Below are positions 8,391 to 17,505 of a stretch of DNA of 64,000 nucleotides, piece by piece. The stretch is from a virus, in IMG/VR virus record IMGVR_UViG_3300045988_107203, positions 15,075-79,074 of that record; one strand, written 5' to 3'. The position numbers were made by a program, and so were the translations under genes. How positions within the stretch are numbered: the stretch's first letter is position 1; each line of letters opens with the position of its first letter. A model generated the notes under the pieces. That model was given only the letters and a program-made list of their open reading frames with translations, made no database searches and was not told the origin of the DNA.

Positions 8391-8681
8391 ATGTATAAAA
8401 TGGGAAACGAATTAAAACTTAACAGCGCAGAAGAAGCAGAAGTAATCTTAATAAGATTAACTCCAAAAGAGTATCCTATTGCGTACGCAAATAAGGTGAA
8501 ATGTTTAATGCTTTCAGGTCTTAGCAAGAAAGAAGCTGAGAGGATGGCGATGGAGCCAATAGATCTTGAACTGTATTATGAAGTAGGTGTAGGACTGATG
8601 GCGGTAGAATCTGGAGCGGTGGAAGCCGGAACAATATACAGTCCATATTCAGGGGAATTATATGACAATTCAAAAATTTAA
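8391..8681 (+). CDS. hypothetical protein (96 aa)
   Basis: tiled ORF. Confidence 0.55.
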   Translation: MYKMGNELKLNSAEEAEVILIRLTPKEYPIAYANKVKCLMLSGLSKKEAERMAMEPIDLELYYEVGVGLMAVESGAVEAGTIYSPYSGELYDNSKI

Positions 8682-8712
8682 TGAGGTAATTATATACCTA
8701 AAATAATAGTTT

Positions 8713-9027
8713 ATGACATTCAAAGAATTTATGAAAGAAGTAGGCTATGACCCGATAACTACCTTTTGGGAAGATTTCAGCATAGCCGACAAGTATGGTA
8801 TAGCAGGTGTCAAAGATACCTACAAACGTGCGTTTAGCGAATGGAAAGACGATTATAAGTTCTTTACAGAATTGACGCTGGTATTGAATCATAAAATCTG
8901 GCAGCATTATGAAAGCAATCGTGAACTGGCTGCATTGTATGACCGGTTGTGGCGGGAAGCCGACGAGTACGCTATGAGCAACTTTAAGGGAGAAGAGCTT
9001 GATTATTATTACAGAGTAACAGATTAG
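8713..9027 (+). CDS. hypothetical protein (104 aa)
   Basis: tiled ORF. Confidence 0.55.
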   Translation: MTFKEFMKEVGYDPITTFWEDFSIADKYGIAGVKDTYKRAFSEWKDDYKFFTELTLVLNHKIWQHYESNRELAALYDRLWREADEYAMSNFKGEELDYYYRVTD

Positions 9028-9030
9028 AAA

Positions 9031-9489
9031 GTGATTATGAAAAACACGATTGTAACAGATAACTTGATAATATTCAGCGACGGATTTGTTTGGAAAAGAT
9101 TGTCCAACGAAAAAGCCTATAAGATATGGGTGTCGGCAGAAAATGAAGATTTTGAGTTATACAAGGTGAGAGTAGATGATGAATCCGAGTCATTGATAGA
9201 GAGTCTTGAAGACTTGCAGGATGCCTTTAAACAGGGTCATTATGTATGTATAGAGGTAGGTAAGCTACCATATAGCATAGATTTGAATTATTTACGAAAT
9301 CTGCAAGAGATGTCGGTGATAGCCGTGGATGATCTAATGGGATTAAAAGAATGTAGCAGGGAAGAGGCATTTGCCATCATTCAAGAGTGGGCTAAAGAGT
9401 TTACGGAAAAATATGAAAATTATGATTTTAATGGTTCATACTATGATGTAATAGATGCATTTATTGATGAGAAGTTAAAAACTATTTAA
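9031..9489 (+). CDS. hypothetical acidic protein (152 aa)
   Basis: tiled ORF. Confidence 0.55.
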   Translation: MIMKNTIVTDNLIIFSDGFVWKRLSNEKAYKIWVSAENEDFELYKVRVDDESESLIESLEDLQDAFKQGHYVCIEVGKLPYSIDLNYLRNLQEMSVIAVDDLMGLKECSREEAFAIIQEWAKEFTEKYENYDFNGSYYDVIDAFIDEKLKTI

Positions 9490-9500
9490 AATACAAAGAC

Positions 9501-10301
9501 ATGGAAGACAGACTTATTACAACAAAAGAAGTAGGGAATTATCGTATAAAAATATACTACGATACCGACAGCGTATGTCCTTGCGAAAGTTGGGATATGG
9601 CAGCATGTTTCTTATGGGAATATAGCGATTCATCCCGACTGCAATATGTGTGCGATTGGAGAGAAGTATTTGGTAAATACGGAGATAGTCGACACTCGCT
9701 TATAGATGCGCTACATAAACTTATTAGTGAATATGTTGAATGGAAAGACTTGCTGAATTATTTTAAGAAAGGCAAGATTGACGGTTGTCGACTGAGATAT
9801 GATAACCATGATAAAATGTGGTATTATAAAGAAATTTTTAGCATTTCTCCATCAGATCTTTACACGTATGATTATACGTATGAATTTATAGAAGACTTAG
9901 GATGTGAAGAATTGATTCAGATTCTTTCAGACTTAGGCAAGGATATATTTGTCAAAGAATGGTCCACAACAGGATACAGTCAAGGGGATTATGTTAAAGG
10001 TATAGCTTTCTGTACAAAGGAGAGGTACACAAAAATGGTTAGTAATAATACTTCCGATTGGAAAACCCAAATTGACAAATTGATTGATGATGAAGTGAAA
10101 TCTATAGGTATGTGGATGTGGGGAGATGTAAAGGGGTACGTGCTTGAAAAGAAAGTGAAATTTGTCAAGAAATACAAAGATAAATCCAGGGAGGATGAAG
10201 AGGGAGAAGAATGGGAAGAGGTTGATTCCTGTTGGGGTTATTATATGGAAACAGACGAATTGATAGAAGAAATAATGAAAGAACATAATCTGAAAGAATA
10301 A
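9501..10301 (+). CDS. hypothetical protein (266 aa)
   Basis: long ORF. Confidence 0.65.
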   Translation: MEDRLITTKEVGNYRIKIYYDTDSVCPCESWDMAACFLWEYSDSSRLQYVCDWREVFGKYGDSRHSLIDALHKLISEYVEWKDLLNYFKKGKIDGCRLRYDNHDKMWYYKEIFSISPSDLYTYDYTYEFIEDLGCEELIQILSDLGKDIFVKEWSTTGYSQGDYVKGIAFCTKERYTKMVSNNTSDWKTQIDKLIDDEVKSIGMWMWGDVKGYVLEKKVKFVKKYKDKSREDEEGEEWEEVDSCWGYYMETDELIEEIMKEHNLKE

Positions 10302-10316
10302 GGAGATGGGGGGATC

Positions 10317-10629
10317 ATGAGGGTGTATTATCAGAAAGAACACCAAAGAATTACAAATAATACTGATTCAGGTCAACGGCTGATAGTGACGGACGCCATG
10401 GGAAGAATTTGATAAAGAAGAGATTTCGACGCATTGGTATTTCATTGTTGGCAAACCGGAATCGATAATAGATGAATTGATTAATTTGGAGATAGGGGAC
10501 ACAAACGTATTCTATCCACATACAAAGGAGAATAGACCTTGGGATATTGAAGAAATGGACTGGTATGATCTTAGAGAACATGCCAATACCATGAGTGATT
10601 TTATTCAGAAGTTATATAACTACATTTAA
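10317..10629 (+). CDS. frameshifted gene (~105 aa): MRVYYQKEHQRITNNTDSGQRLIVTDAMGRI* then +1 frame EEFDKEEISTHWYFIVGKPESIIDELINLEIGDTNVFYPHTKENRPWDIEEMDWYDLREHANTMSDFIQKLYNYI
   Basis: SD AAGGAGATGGGGGG before ATG 10317; frame ends UGA 10410-10412; protein-like +1 frame continues 10396-10629 with no start codon; junction AUU-UGA-U. Confidence 0.4.
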
Positions 10630-10638
10630 AAAATGCTT

Positions 10639-11113
10639 TATGAATGGAATAATATTTGAATTAGAAGAAAAGTCGAAATATACAGGGAGATACATGGATG
10701 GGGAAATCTCCTATAATAACACATCTATAGATTACACGAAAGAAATACGAGAATGTGACAGAAAGAGTGAGATCAAGGATTTATTAAATGACCCTTGTCT
10801 TGGTAAAATATTTGAAAAGGGGGAAGTTGATGATGAAATTATATATAATGGTAATATAGAAGATGTAAAAGAGGAATGGATGCGTGCTATACAAAATGGG
10901 GTAGATAAAATGAATGTTAACAAAGATATGAATGGGCATAATCTTATTTATGTAATAAAATATGGGATTTGCAGATACGCGTATCGTATTTGCATTGATT
11001 CATATCCGGGATATGTTGTAAAAGATCCAATAACACTAATAGAATGGGTTCAAGGTTTAAAGCCTGGAACCATCATTAAAATAAGAGGAATATTCATTTA
11101 TCATTTTTTATAA
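10639..11113 (+). CDS. hypothetical protein (~158 aa; track ORF 10595 starts at GTG inside previous gene)
   Basis: first ATG after stop of frameshifted gene. Confidence 0.55.
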
Positions 11114-11121
11114 CATATTTT

Positions 11122-11514
11122 ATGAAAACACAAGAAGAATACGCACTTGAAATTGACGAAATTGTTCGCCGGGATGTAGAGGACTGCCAGAGCGACTGGT
11201 TTAGGATTGACAAGGAAATATTTATGCAACCGGGAAACAAGGATAAGATATTTATTCTGGGAACCAGAAAAACCGGATGTGACTTAATAATATTAGGCGG
11301 TAGTAATTGCAATGAAATAACTATGAATAGAGTTTTCGGATGTCTTGGCAATGAAAACTTCTATGTATGTCAGCCACTTGATTTTTATAAATCGTTGCAT
11401 GAAATTAAGAAGGTAAATCCTTTGTATGCTTTCAAAGTGGCTACCGCTTATTTTAGAGAAAAAGGGATGATTCCGGTATTTGAAGATGCAATTTGTAAAC
11501 TGATAAAGCCATGA
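11122..11514 (+). CDS. hypothetical protein (130 aa)
   Basis: tiled ORF. Confidence 0.55.
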   Translation: MKTQEEYALEIDEIVRRDVEDCQSDWFRIDKEIFMQPGNKDKIFILGTRKTGCDLIILGGSNCNEITMNRVFGCLGNENFYVCQPLDFYKSLHEIKKVNPLYAFKVATAYFREKGMIPVFEDAICKLIKP

Positions 11515-11744
11515 TAGAAGTAATAAGATACAGACTGCCCTCTTATTGGGCTTGCCCGTTAATCAATGATGATTACACTGGATTAACGGATGAAGAATGT
11601 GAGGAAATCCAACGCTTCTTGGAAGCAGCAGAAGGTTATCCGGTAGATGTAGACTGGGGAACGCAGGGGTTTTACCGTTGTAATGACGCAGGAACACTTC
11701 CTGGAGAATGTGCAGATTTTATTTTTCATAAGTGTAATGATTAA
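11511..11744 (+). CDS. hypothetical Cys-containing acidic protein (77 aa)
   Basis: ATGA coupling. Confidence 0.5.
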   Translation: MIEVIRYRLPSYWACPLINDDYTGLTDEECEEIQRFLEAAEGYPVDVDWGTQGFYRCNDAGTLPGECADFIFHKCND

Positions 11745-11784
11745 ATTGAAATAATCAAGTTTGAACTTAAATAAAATACAAGAT

Positions 11785-12075
11785 ATGGAAAGATTGAATT
11801 TTGAAACATTGTTTCGTATCGTAAGATGGGATTACAACCGTTGCTTTAAGGATGAATCATTGGACAAGGATTTGTTCGTAGAAAAATACGGACGGGTAAT
11901 GGGTGAACATTATTATAACAAGTTTGTCCATGAATTTGACGGAAATATCCTGAAGATGGTTGGTTACTTCAGAGGTTCCGAAAAAGAGGGGCAAGTCTTC
12001 TGCGATATGATAACCGAACGTATTGAAAAATACGAAAAGAGAATGTCATATGATAAAGGTAAGTTAAACAATTAA
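11785..12075 (+). CDS. hypothetical protein (~96 aa)
   Basis: ATG at 11785 in frame of track ORF 11761. Confidence 0.5.
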   Translation: MERLNFETLFRIVRWDYNRCFKDESLDKDLFVEKYGRVMGEHYYNKFVHEFDGNILKMVGYFRGSEKEGQVFCDMITERIEKYEKRMSYDKGKLNN

Positions 12076-12087
12076 AAAGATATTTAT

Positions 12088-13149
12088 ATGAACAATTCAA
12101 CGGTCGCTCACTTGTGGGCTCATGAACAAGAAGAATCAGCATCAGGGAGCAATTTCTTCTTTGAAGGTACAAGTATTTATTCTTATGGGTATCACTTTGA
12201 AGTCGGGAGAATAGTAAAAAACAAACAAGGGAAGAAAGCATACCTGATAAATGAAGATTATTATTCTGCTACCACGAGCAAACATCAATGCTATGTTCGT
12301 AATGCGATACCAACTTGGGCAATGGTTTTCAGTGTAGGGGATAATATATCGGATACTGGTAATATGAGGTTTGTTGCCAGCAAACTGGAATCAATTAAGA
12401 AGTCTATTGAAAAATACAAAAGAGCTAAAACAGAATTATCTTATACAGATATTTGGGGCGCTTTTGGGAATATGATGGATTACATTCAGTTCTTTAACAT
12501 GGGAACTGCTAAGAGTATCCTTGAAAAGAGTGCTAATGATTGGCTTGGAACCAATCATGAATTATCCAAGAGCGAAGATAGTATCAAGCGTAAGCACGTA
12601 CATGAATTAAAACGCATCTTTCAAATTTTATTGGATCATCAAGGATTAAAAGTGTTAGGGACCGTAAATGTGATTGTTGATGAAGTTTGCGGGGAAGGTA
12701 CATGGATTAAGTATTCAGAAAGATCTGAAAGATGGAGAAAGGGTGAGGAAGAAAGAGAAAGAATAAAATTAGAGAGATTAAGAAAGGAAGAAGAAGCCCG
12801 TTACAAGGATTTTGATGAAAAACTGGAAGAGTGGAAGTCAGGAGAAATCAATTTCTTGAATACACCTTTCTATATTCCTGGTGAAAAACCTAACGCCTGG
12901 ATCCGTATAAAAGGAAATATTATTGAGACAAGTAAACAGATAAAGATTGGAGTAGCAGAAGCCAGAAAACTGTGGCGGGCTGTGTCGGCAATGCACCGGG
13001 GCGCCGAGTTTCGGCACGGTCTGGTGGAGGACATCACCGGTCACCAGTGGAGTCTAAATCGGTACGAAAACGATTTGCTAACCGCTGGATGTCATAGGAT
13101 AGCATATAACGAAATGGAGAGAATAGCAAAACAACTGGGATGGGTTTAA
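12088..13149 (+). CDS. hypothetical protein with central coiled-coil (353 aa)
   Basis: long ORF; charged ERERIKLERLRKEEEARYK segment. Confidence 0.65.
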   Translation: MNNSTVAHLWAHEQEESASGSNFFFEGTSIYSYGYHFEVGRIVKNKQGKKAYLINEDYYSATTSKHQCYVRNAIPTWAMVFSVGDNISDTGNMRFVASKLESIKKSIEKYKRAKTELSYTDIWGAFGNMMDYIQFFNMGTAKSILEKSANDWLGTNHELSKSEDSIKRKHVHELKRIFQILLDHQGLKVLGTVNVIVDEVCGEGTWIKYSERSERWRKGEEERERIKLERLRKEEEARYKDFDEKLEEWKSGEINFLNTPFYIPGEKPNAWIRIKGNIIETSKQIKIGVAEARKLWRAVSAMHRGAEFRHGLVEDITGHQWSLNRYENDLLTAGCHRIAYNEMERIAKQLGWV

Positions 13150-13928
13150 GTAACCCATCTTATTTTATAACAACTAAAAACAAGAAAAATATGGAAAATC
13201 CAATTATTGTTCCGTTTGATTTAAATACGGCGAGAAAAATTAAAAGCGGAGAAATAGAAGGTTCGGTATTAATTGATAATATTGAAATAGAATTTGTATA
13301 TGAGTCGAAAGACTGTGCAGGTCCTTATAATTTGCTTTTTGTAAAAAAAGATGGATATGGGATAAGTGCTATATATGCCAACACGGAAGGTTGTACTATT
13401 GGCGGCACCACTCTGGAATTGAAAGTAGAGACTGGAGCGTATTTTAAGAAAGGAGATGTATTAACAAGCACTAATGGATATCAATTCATATATGATGGAA
13501 TTATTACCAAAGGGGTAATGGGATGTATATGCGGAATGGCATCATTTGGAGATATTGGGTTTGATTGCAAATTATGGACTGATGTGTATGACGGATATAA
13601 AAAACGGCATGTAAGAAAGGCTATAGAGGAAGAGAAGAAATTTTTAGCAGAAAAGATTATAAAAGCCGAAGACAGTAGAAAGGTAGATATAATAAAACGA
13701 TATTTAAGTGAATATGAGTATCTATTAGATGAGATGCCGAAACACGACCTCAAACCATTTGAACGAGTGCTGGTGAGAAGAACTAACCAAGAGAGGTGGA
13801 AATTGCATCTATTTTCCAGAGAATCAGTAGGAGATAATAAATACGAATGCTTAGGAGGGGTAGGATTTAGTCAGTGTATCCCATACGAAGGGAACGAACA
13901 TCTTTTAGGAACCAATAAAAACAAATAA
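13140..13928 (+). CDS. hypothetical protein, tandem paralog 1 (262 aa)
   Basis: shares N-terminal (I)PFDL(N/E)TA(R/K)KI..GEI.G and C-terminal KPF(E/D)(R/K)VLVR...W(K/H)(L/I)(H/S)LF(S/A)RE...YEC..G...CIP(Y/F)EGN..LL(G/E)T with 13933-14949. Confidence 0.65.
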   Translation: MGLSNPSYFITTKNKKNMENPIIVPFDLNTARKIKSGEIEGSVLIDNIEIEFVYESKDCAGPYNLLFVKKDGYGISAIYANTEGCTIGGTTLELKVETGAYFKKGDVLTSTNGYQFIYDGIITKGVMGCICGMASFGDIGFDCKLWTDVYDGYKKRHVRKAIEEEKKFLAEKIIKAEDSRKVDIIKRYLSEYEYLLDEMPKHDLKPFERVLVRRTNQERWKLHLFSRESVGDNKYECLGGVGFSQCIPYEGNEHLLGTNKNK

Positions 13929-13932
13929 GATT

Positions 13933-14949
13933 ATGGAATATAAAATGGCAACAATCCCGTTTGATTTAGAAACGGCGAAAAAAATAAACATAGGGGAAAT
14001 AGCAGGTCGGATTGTGACAGAGAAAGGACGAAATAGAGCAGAAATAGTATATGAAGACAATTCGTCAAGTTGTCCGTTATTGGTTGTAATTCATTCGATT
14101 ACTGTATCAGCGGATTGGTTTTCTGCTACAGGAAAAGCACTTAGCAGCGAAAATCGCCTCCTTCTTGAAGTTCCAGAATATATTACATTTAAAGATGGAG
14201 AGGTGTTAAGCAACGAAGATGGAAGTTTTATTTTTATTTTAAATATACATGGGAAATATTTAACATCTTTTTATGCGAGTCTTGCAGCGGGAGTAGGTCT
14301 TAATATATCGGATAATTTTTCTGCATGTAATAACGAAATAGAACGCTATAGACTTGCAACAGATTCGGAAAAACAGAAGATGATTAAAGCGTTAAAGAAA
14401 AGTGAAAATCCTAAAGCAAAAGAATATCTGAAACGCTTTTTCGGGATTAAAGAAAGGCCGAAATATGATTTTAAGCCGTTTGACAAAGTGCTGGTAAGAG
14501 ACGAGGACGATAAAGAATGGCATATCAGCTTGTTTGCAAGGGAAATTGTGGACGATTCTGATGGATTGCCTTATAAATATGAATGTTCCAATGGAACATT
14601 ATGGGATTATTGCATTCCTTTTGAGGGCAATGGATGTCTTTTAGAAACTGCTGAAAATCCAGAAAAAGAAGGGGTGCAGCATGGAGACTGGGTGAGATGT
14701 ACTCAATGTGGAGCACAAATGCTTCTTCCACGTGGAGCTGACCAATGTCCAGAATGTTATGGATACGACACGTTGGTGTGGGTAGATGAAGATAGGCAAG
14801 AAATGGACACTAAGCATCTGGATTGCCTTGCTCCAATGCGCAAATTGGAGCTACAAGAATATTTGTCTCAAGATGTTTTGGCGATAGAGCATAGCGAATA
14901 TTATAAACAATTGATAGGGGAGGATGAATGGTGTGAAGAAGAAATATAA
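13933..14949 (+). CDS. hypothetical protein, tandem paralog 2 with C-terminal Zn-ribbon extension (338 aa)
   Basis: paralog of 13140-13928 plus CTQCG...CPECYG tail. Confidence 0.65.
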   Translation: MEYKMATIPFDLETAKKINIGEIAGRIVTEKGRNRAEIVYEDNSSSCPLLVVIHSITVSADWFSATGKALSSENRLLLEVPEYITFKDGEVLSNEDGSFIFILNIHGKYLTSFYASLAAGVGLNISDNFSACNNEIERYRLATDSEKQKMIKALKKSENPKAKEYLKRFFGIKERPKYDFKPFDKVLVRDEDDKEWHISLFAREIVDDSDGLPYKYECSNGTLWDYCIPFEGNGCLLETAENPEKEGVQHGDWVRCTQCGAQMLLPRGADQCPECYGYDTLVWVDEDRQEMDTKHLDCLAPMRKLELQEYLSQDVLAIEHSEYYKQLIGEDEWCEEEI

Positions 14950-14983
14950 TAAAGAGTATCATTATTAAAACAATAGAGAAATT

Positions 14984-15238
14984 ATGAACGAGGATATTTT
15001 AAGCAATATGTTTGGGTGTGATACATATTGCATATGTGACAGTTCTTCAAATAGGTACTGTTTTATTGGGCCTATTGAATGTAACGGGAAGTTAATAGAA
15101 GAGTTTAGGAAGGGAATAATAGTAAAATTGAAATATGTGGAAAAGAGGGTTCTGGATACATTCAAAGAAAATGGGGTTGATCTGGATAACTATACCCACT
15201 GTGTTATAGTAAAGCGGAATTTTTATCTCGCATGGTGA
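14984..15238 (+). CDS. hypothetical Cys-rich protein (84 aa)
   Basis: tiled ORF. Confidence 0.45.
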   Translation: MNEDILSNMFGCDTYCICDSSSNRYCFIGPIECNGKLIEEFRKGIIVKLKYVEKRVLDTFKENGVDLDNYTHCVIVKRNFYLAW

Positions 15239-15247
15239 AAGTAAAAT

Positions 15248-15919
15248 ATGAATGATATGAACAATTTTATAATAGATACTCCAGATAATTTCTGGCAAAT
15301 AAGATGGCTTGACAAATATATGGAAGGTCACAAGGGGTTCATAGCTGGTGGATGTTTTAAGAATATCCTTTCCGGAGAAAGAGTAAAAGATATTGATATT
15401 TTCTTTGAAAGCGAAGACGATTTTCAGGAAGCTGTTGATTTGTTCAATGATGAAAAACATCAGAAAGAAGGATGGAAATTTAAGTACAGGAATGAGAAGG
15501 TATGCGCATTCCAGAAAGAGGGAGAAAAGGTATGGGTAGAGTTCATAGAGTCAGAGTTCGGAAAGCCTGAAGAGATTCTCAGGAGCTTCGACTTTACTGT
15601 GGCAAAAATGGCTTACTACAAGGAGCCTAAATACGAAGAAGAGGAAGATGATTATTTTCCATTCTCATCTGCAAGTATAGTAGCATACGAGTACAAACTA
15701 CTCTACCATGAGAAATTCTTTGAACATCTTCATATGAAGAGGCTGGTCATTGATGAAAATATTCCTTTTCCAGTAAGCACATGGGAGCGCTCATATCGGT
15801 ATAAAGGATATGGTTACAATATGTGCCGGGAGACAAAGAAAAAACTTCTACAGGCTATTAAAGGTGTAAACGTAGAGGAGGAAGATGTATCTTTGTACAC
15901 TACTGGAGGATGGGATTAA
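15248..15919 (+). CDS. minimal nucleotidyltransferase, Pol-beta superfamily; head motif resembles class-II CCA/poly(A) NTases
   Basis: FIAGGCFKNILSGERVKDIDIFF aligns to GGxVRDxLLGxxxxDxD head motif (E. coli CCA: [23 protein letters not shown]); only 223 aa. Confidence 0.45.
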   Translation: MNDMNNFIIDTPDNFWQIRWLDKYMEGHKGFIAGGCFKNILSGERVKDIDIFFESEDDFQEAVDLFNDEKHQKEGWKFKYRNEKVCAFQKEGEKVWVEFIESEFGKPEEILRSFDFTVAKMAYYKEPKYEEEEDDYFPFSSASIVAYEYKLLYHEKFFEHLHMKRLVIDENIPFPVSTWERSYRYKGYGYNMCRETKKKLLQAIKGVNVEEEDVSLYTTGGWD

Positions 15920-16377
15920 CCTATAAAACAAAATTGCTTATGAAAACATTAGAACAACTTAAAGGATTAGCATCAAAATGTTTAGACGGTGGAGATTTTA
16001 ACAGACTGGCTAAATTTATCCCATATAACATGATAAAGGATTTCGGTATGGAGCCGAATGAAGAATATGATAACGAGGAAAAGTGGAACAGTACTGTAGT
16101 TGAATTTACCAGAGAAAATGTCCTGAAACAGCTTGAAGAAGACGTGAGATTCGGTTTTGAAAAGGCATTAAATCAGAGAGGAATATCAGCCAGTTTGATG
16201 TTTGAATGTGTGATGATGTGGAACTACATTCTGGAAGAAGGTCTTGAAGGCTGGGGTGAGGATGATTATGCATTTTATGGACTCCCTCTATTTAAAGCTA
16301 CGGCTGTAAAATATGGATGGGACAATCCGATAGGGGAAGACAGTGGGAGAGAAAGAAAATATGATTCACAATATTAA
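15910..16377 (+). CDS. hypothetical acidic protein (155 aa)
   Basis: overlapping start with previous gene. Confidence 0.5.
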   Translation: MGLTYKTKLLMKTLEQLKGLASKCLDGGDFNRLAKFIPYNMIKDFGMEPNEEYDNEEKWNSTVVEFTRENVLKQLEEDVRFGFEKALNQRGISASLMFECVMMWNYILEEGLEGWGEDDYAFYGLPLFKATAVKYGWDNPIGEDSGRERKYDSQY

Positions 16378-16509
16378 ATCGGTATATTATGAGCACAAGT
16401 AAAGAATACAAGGCAGTAAGGAACTGTATATTGAATGAACTTCACCTTACCAAAGAAGATATAATAAAAAAACATAGAGCCATTATTGGAAAAACTCGTA
16501 AAACAGTGT

Positions 16510-17202
16510 ATGCTTAATACATACGGAGGAAACAATCAGATAGAAAACTGGATCAGATGTATGGTAGCAGATGAGCTTAAACAAAGAGATTATGATTTTG
16601 TAAGAAGAATATGTAAGGAGGTTATAAAAGATCATGTGTTGAATGGGTTGAACATAATTGTAAGTCCCAAAAATGAAAGATGCGTATGTGAAAACAGAGT
16701 ACCATCAAGAAAAGATGGTTTGTATCTAATCTACGGAAATGGACACGCTGAGCCGTTTACCGGCGATAACTCCAAAGATTGTGTACGATACATTGGGTTG
16801 AAGCACAGATACATGTCATTTGCAATCTCACTGACGGAGCATGATATCGTACAATTGCTTGACGATGATAGCCGTGAAGAATCCGGAAGTGGGACATATT
16901 ACGAACGTGAATGTGATGCGCTGTTTGACATTGACGGACGCGGCAATACGGAACGCCTTGTAGCCAGAAATCCAAAATTGAGAAATCTGCTGGAAGATGG
17001 CGAGTATATACCATCTCTTGGTCAATTAAATTTAATGGCCCATTATATGGACGAACTAAACAAAGCATTCGCTTATGTTTCGGCATCTCCCCCTCTCCTC
17101 GTCGTGGTATTGATCCAGTACCGAGGGCAGCCAGAGCTGCGCATGGCACGTGAACTTCTCCAATGGCAGCACGCTCAGCAACAACAAGTACGGCAGTCTT
17201 AG
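16510..17202 (+). CDS. hypothetical protein (~230 aa as ORF; real C-terminus probably near 17090)
   Basis: ATG at 16510; last ~35 codons read into GC-rich low-complexity DNA (SPPLLVVVLIQYRGQPELRMARELLQWQHAQQQQ). Confidence 0.45.
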   Translation: MLNTYGGNNQIENWIRCMVADELKQRDYDFVRRICKEVIKDHVLNGLNIIVSPKNERCVCENRVPSRKDGLYLIYGNGHAEPFTGDNSKDCVRYIGLKHRYMSFAISLTEHDIVQLLDDDSREESGSGTYYERECDALFDIDGRGNTERLVARNPKLRNLLEDGEYIPSLGQLNLMAHYMDELNKAFAYVSASPPLLVVVLIQYRGQPELRMARELLQWQHAQQQQVRQS

Positions 17203-17245
17203 GGTTCGGGCGGTGGCAGCATTCACTTTTAAACTTTAATCTTTT

Positions 17246-17272
17246 GGTGCGCTCCTTTTGGAGCGTGCCTTT
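17246..17272 (+). terminator. hairpin GGTGCGCTCC-TTTT-GGAGCGTGCC + TTTAAAAA
   Basis: near-perfect inverted repeat at end of GC-rich islet. Confidence 0.4.
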
Positions 17273-17318
17273 AAAAATCAACATTACACAGAGAAGGCAA
17301 TAAAAAAAAGAAATCAAG

Positions 17319-17504
17319 ATGGGACAAGTTAAAGGTTTTAATGACATAATTGCTGATTATTTGAAACAACGAGCAGAAGAAGAGAAGAAAATAGCCCGTG
17401 AAGCGGCTATCAAACGGTTAGCCGAAGAGCAATACCAATTGCTCAAAAAGAAGCCGGCGAAAAAGAAAGCAGATACAAATGTCCAACAAATGAGCCTGTT
17501 TTGA
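17319..17504 (+). CDS. small K/E-rich protein (61 aa)
   Basis: immediately precedes PcfJ-like gene. Confidence 0.4.
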   Translation: MGQVKGFNDIIADYLKQRAEEEKKIAREAAIKRLAEEQYQLLKKKPAKKKADTNVQQMSLF

Positions 17505-17505
17505 T

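Noticed and set aside
16757-17347. Minus-strand ORF (196 aa) across the GC-rich islet
   Set aside because: It is antisense to a better-supported plus-strand gene and to the terminator hairpin. The Cys/His/Arg-rich low-complexity product is typical of GC-rich antisense frames.
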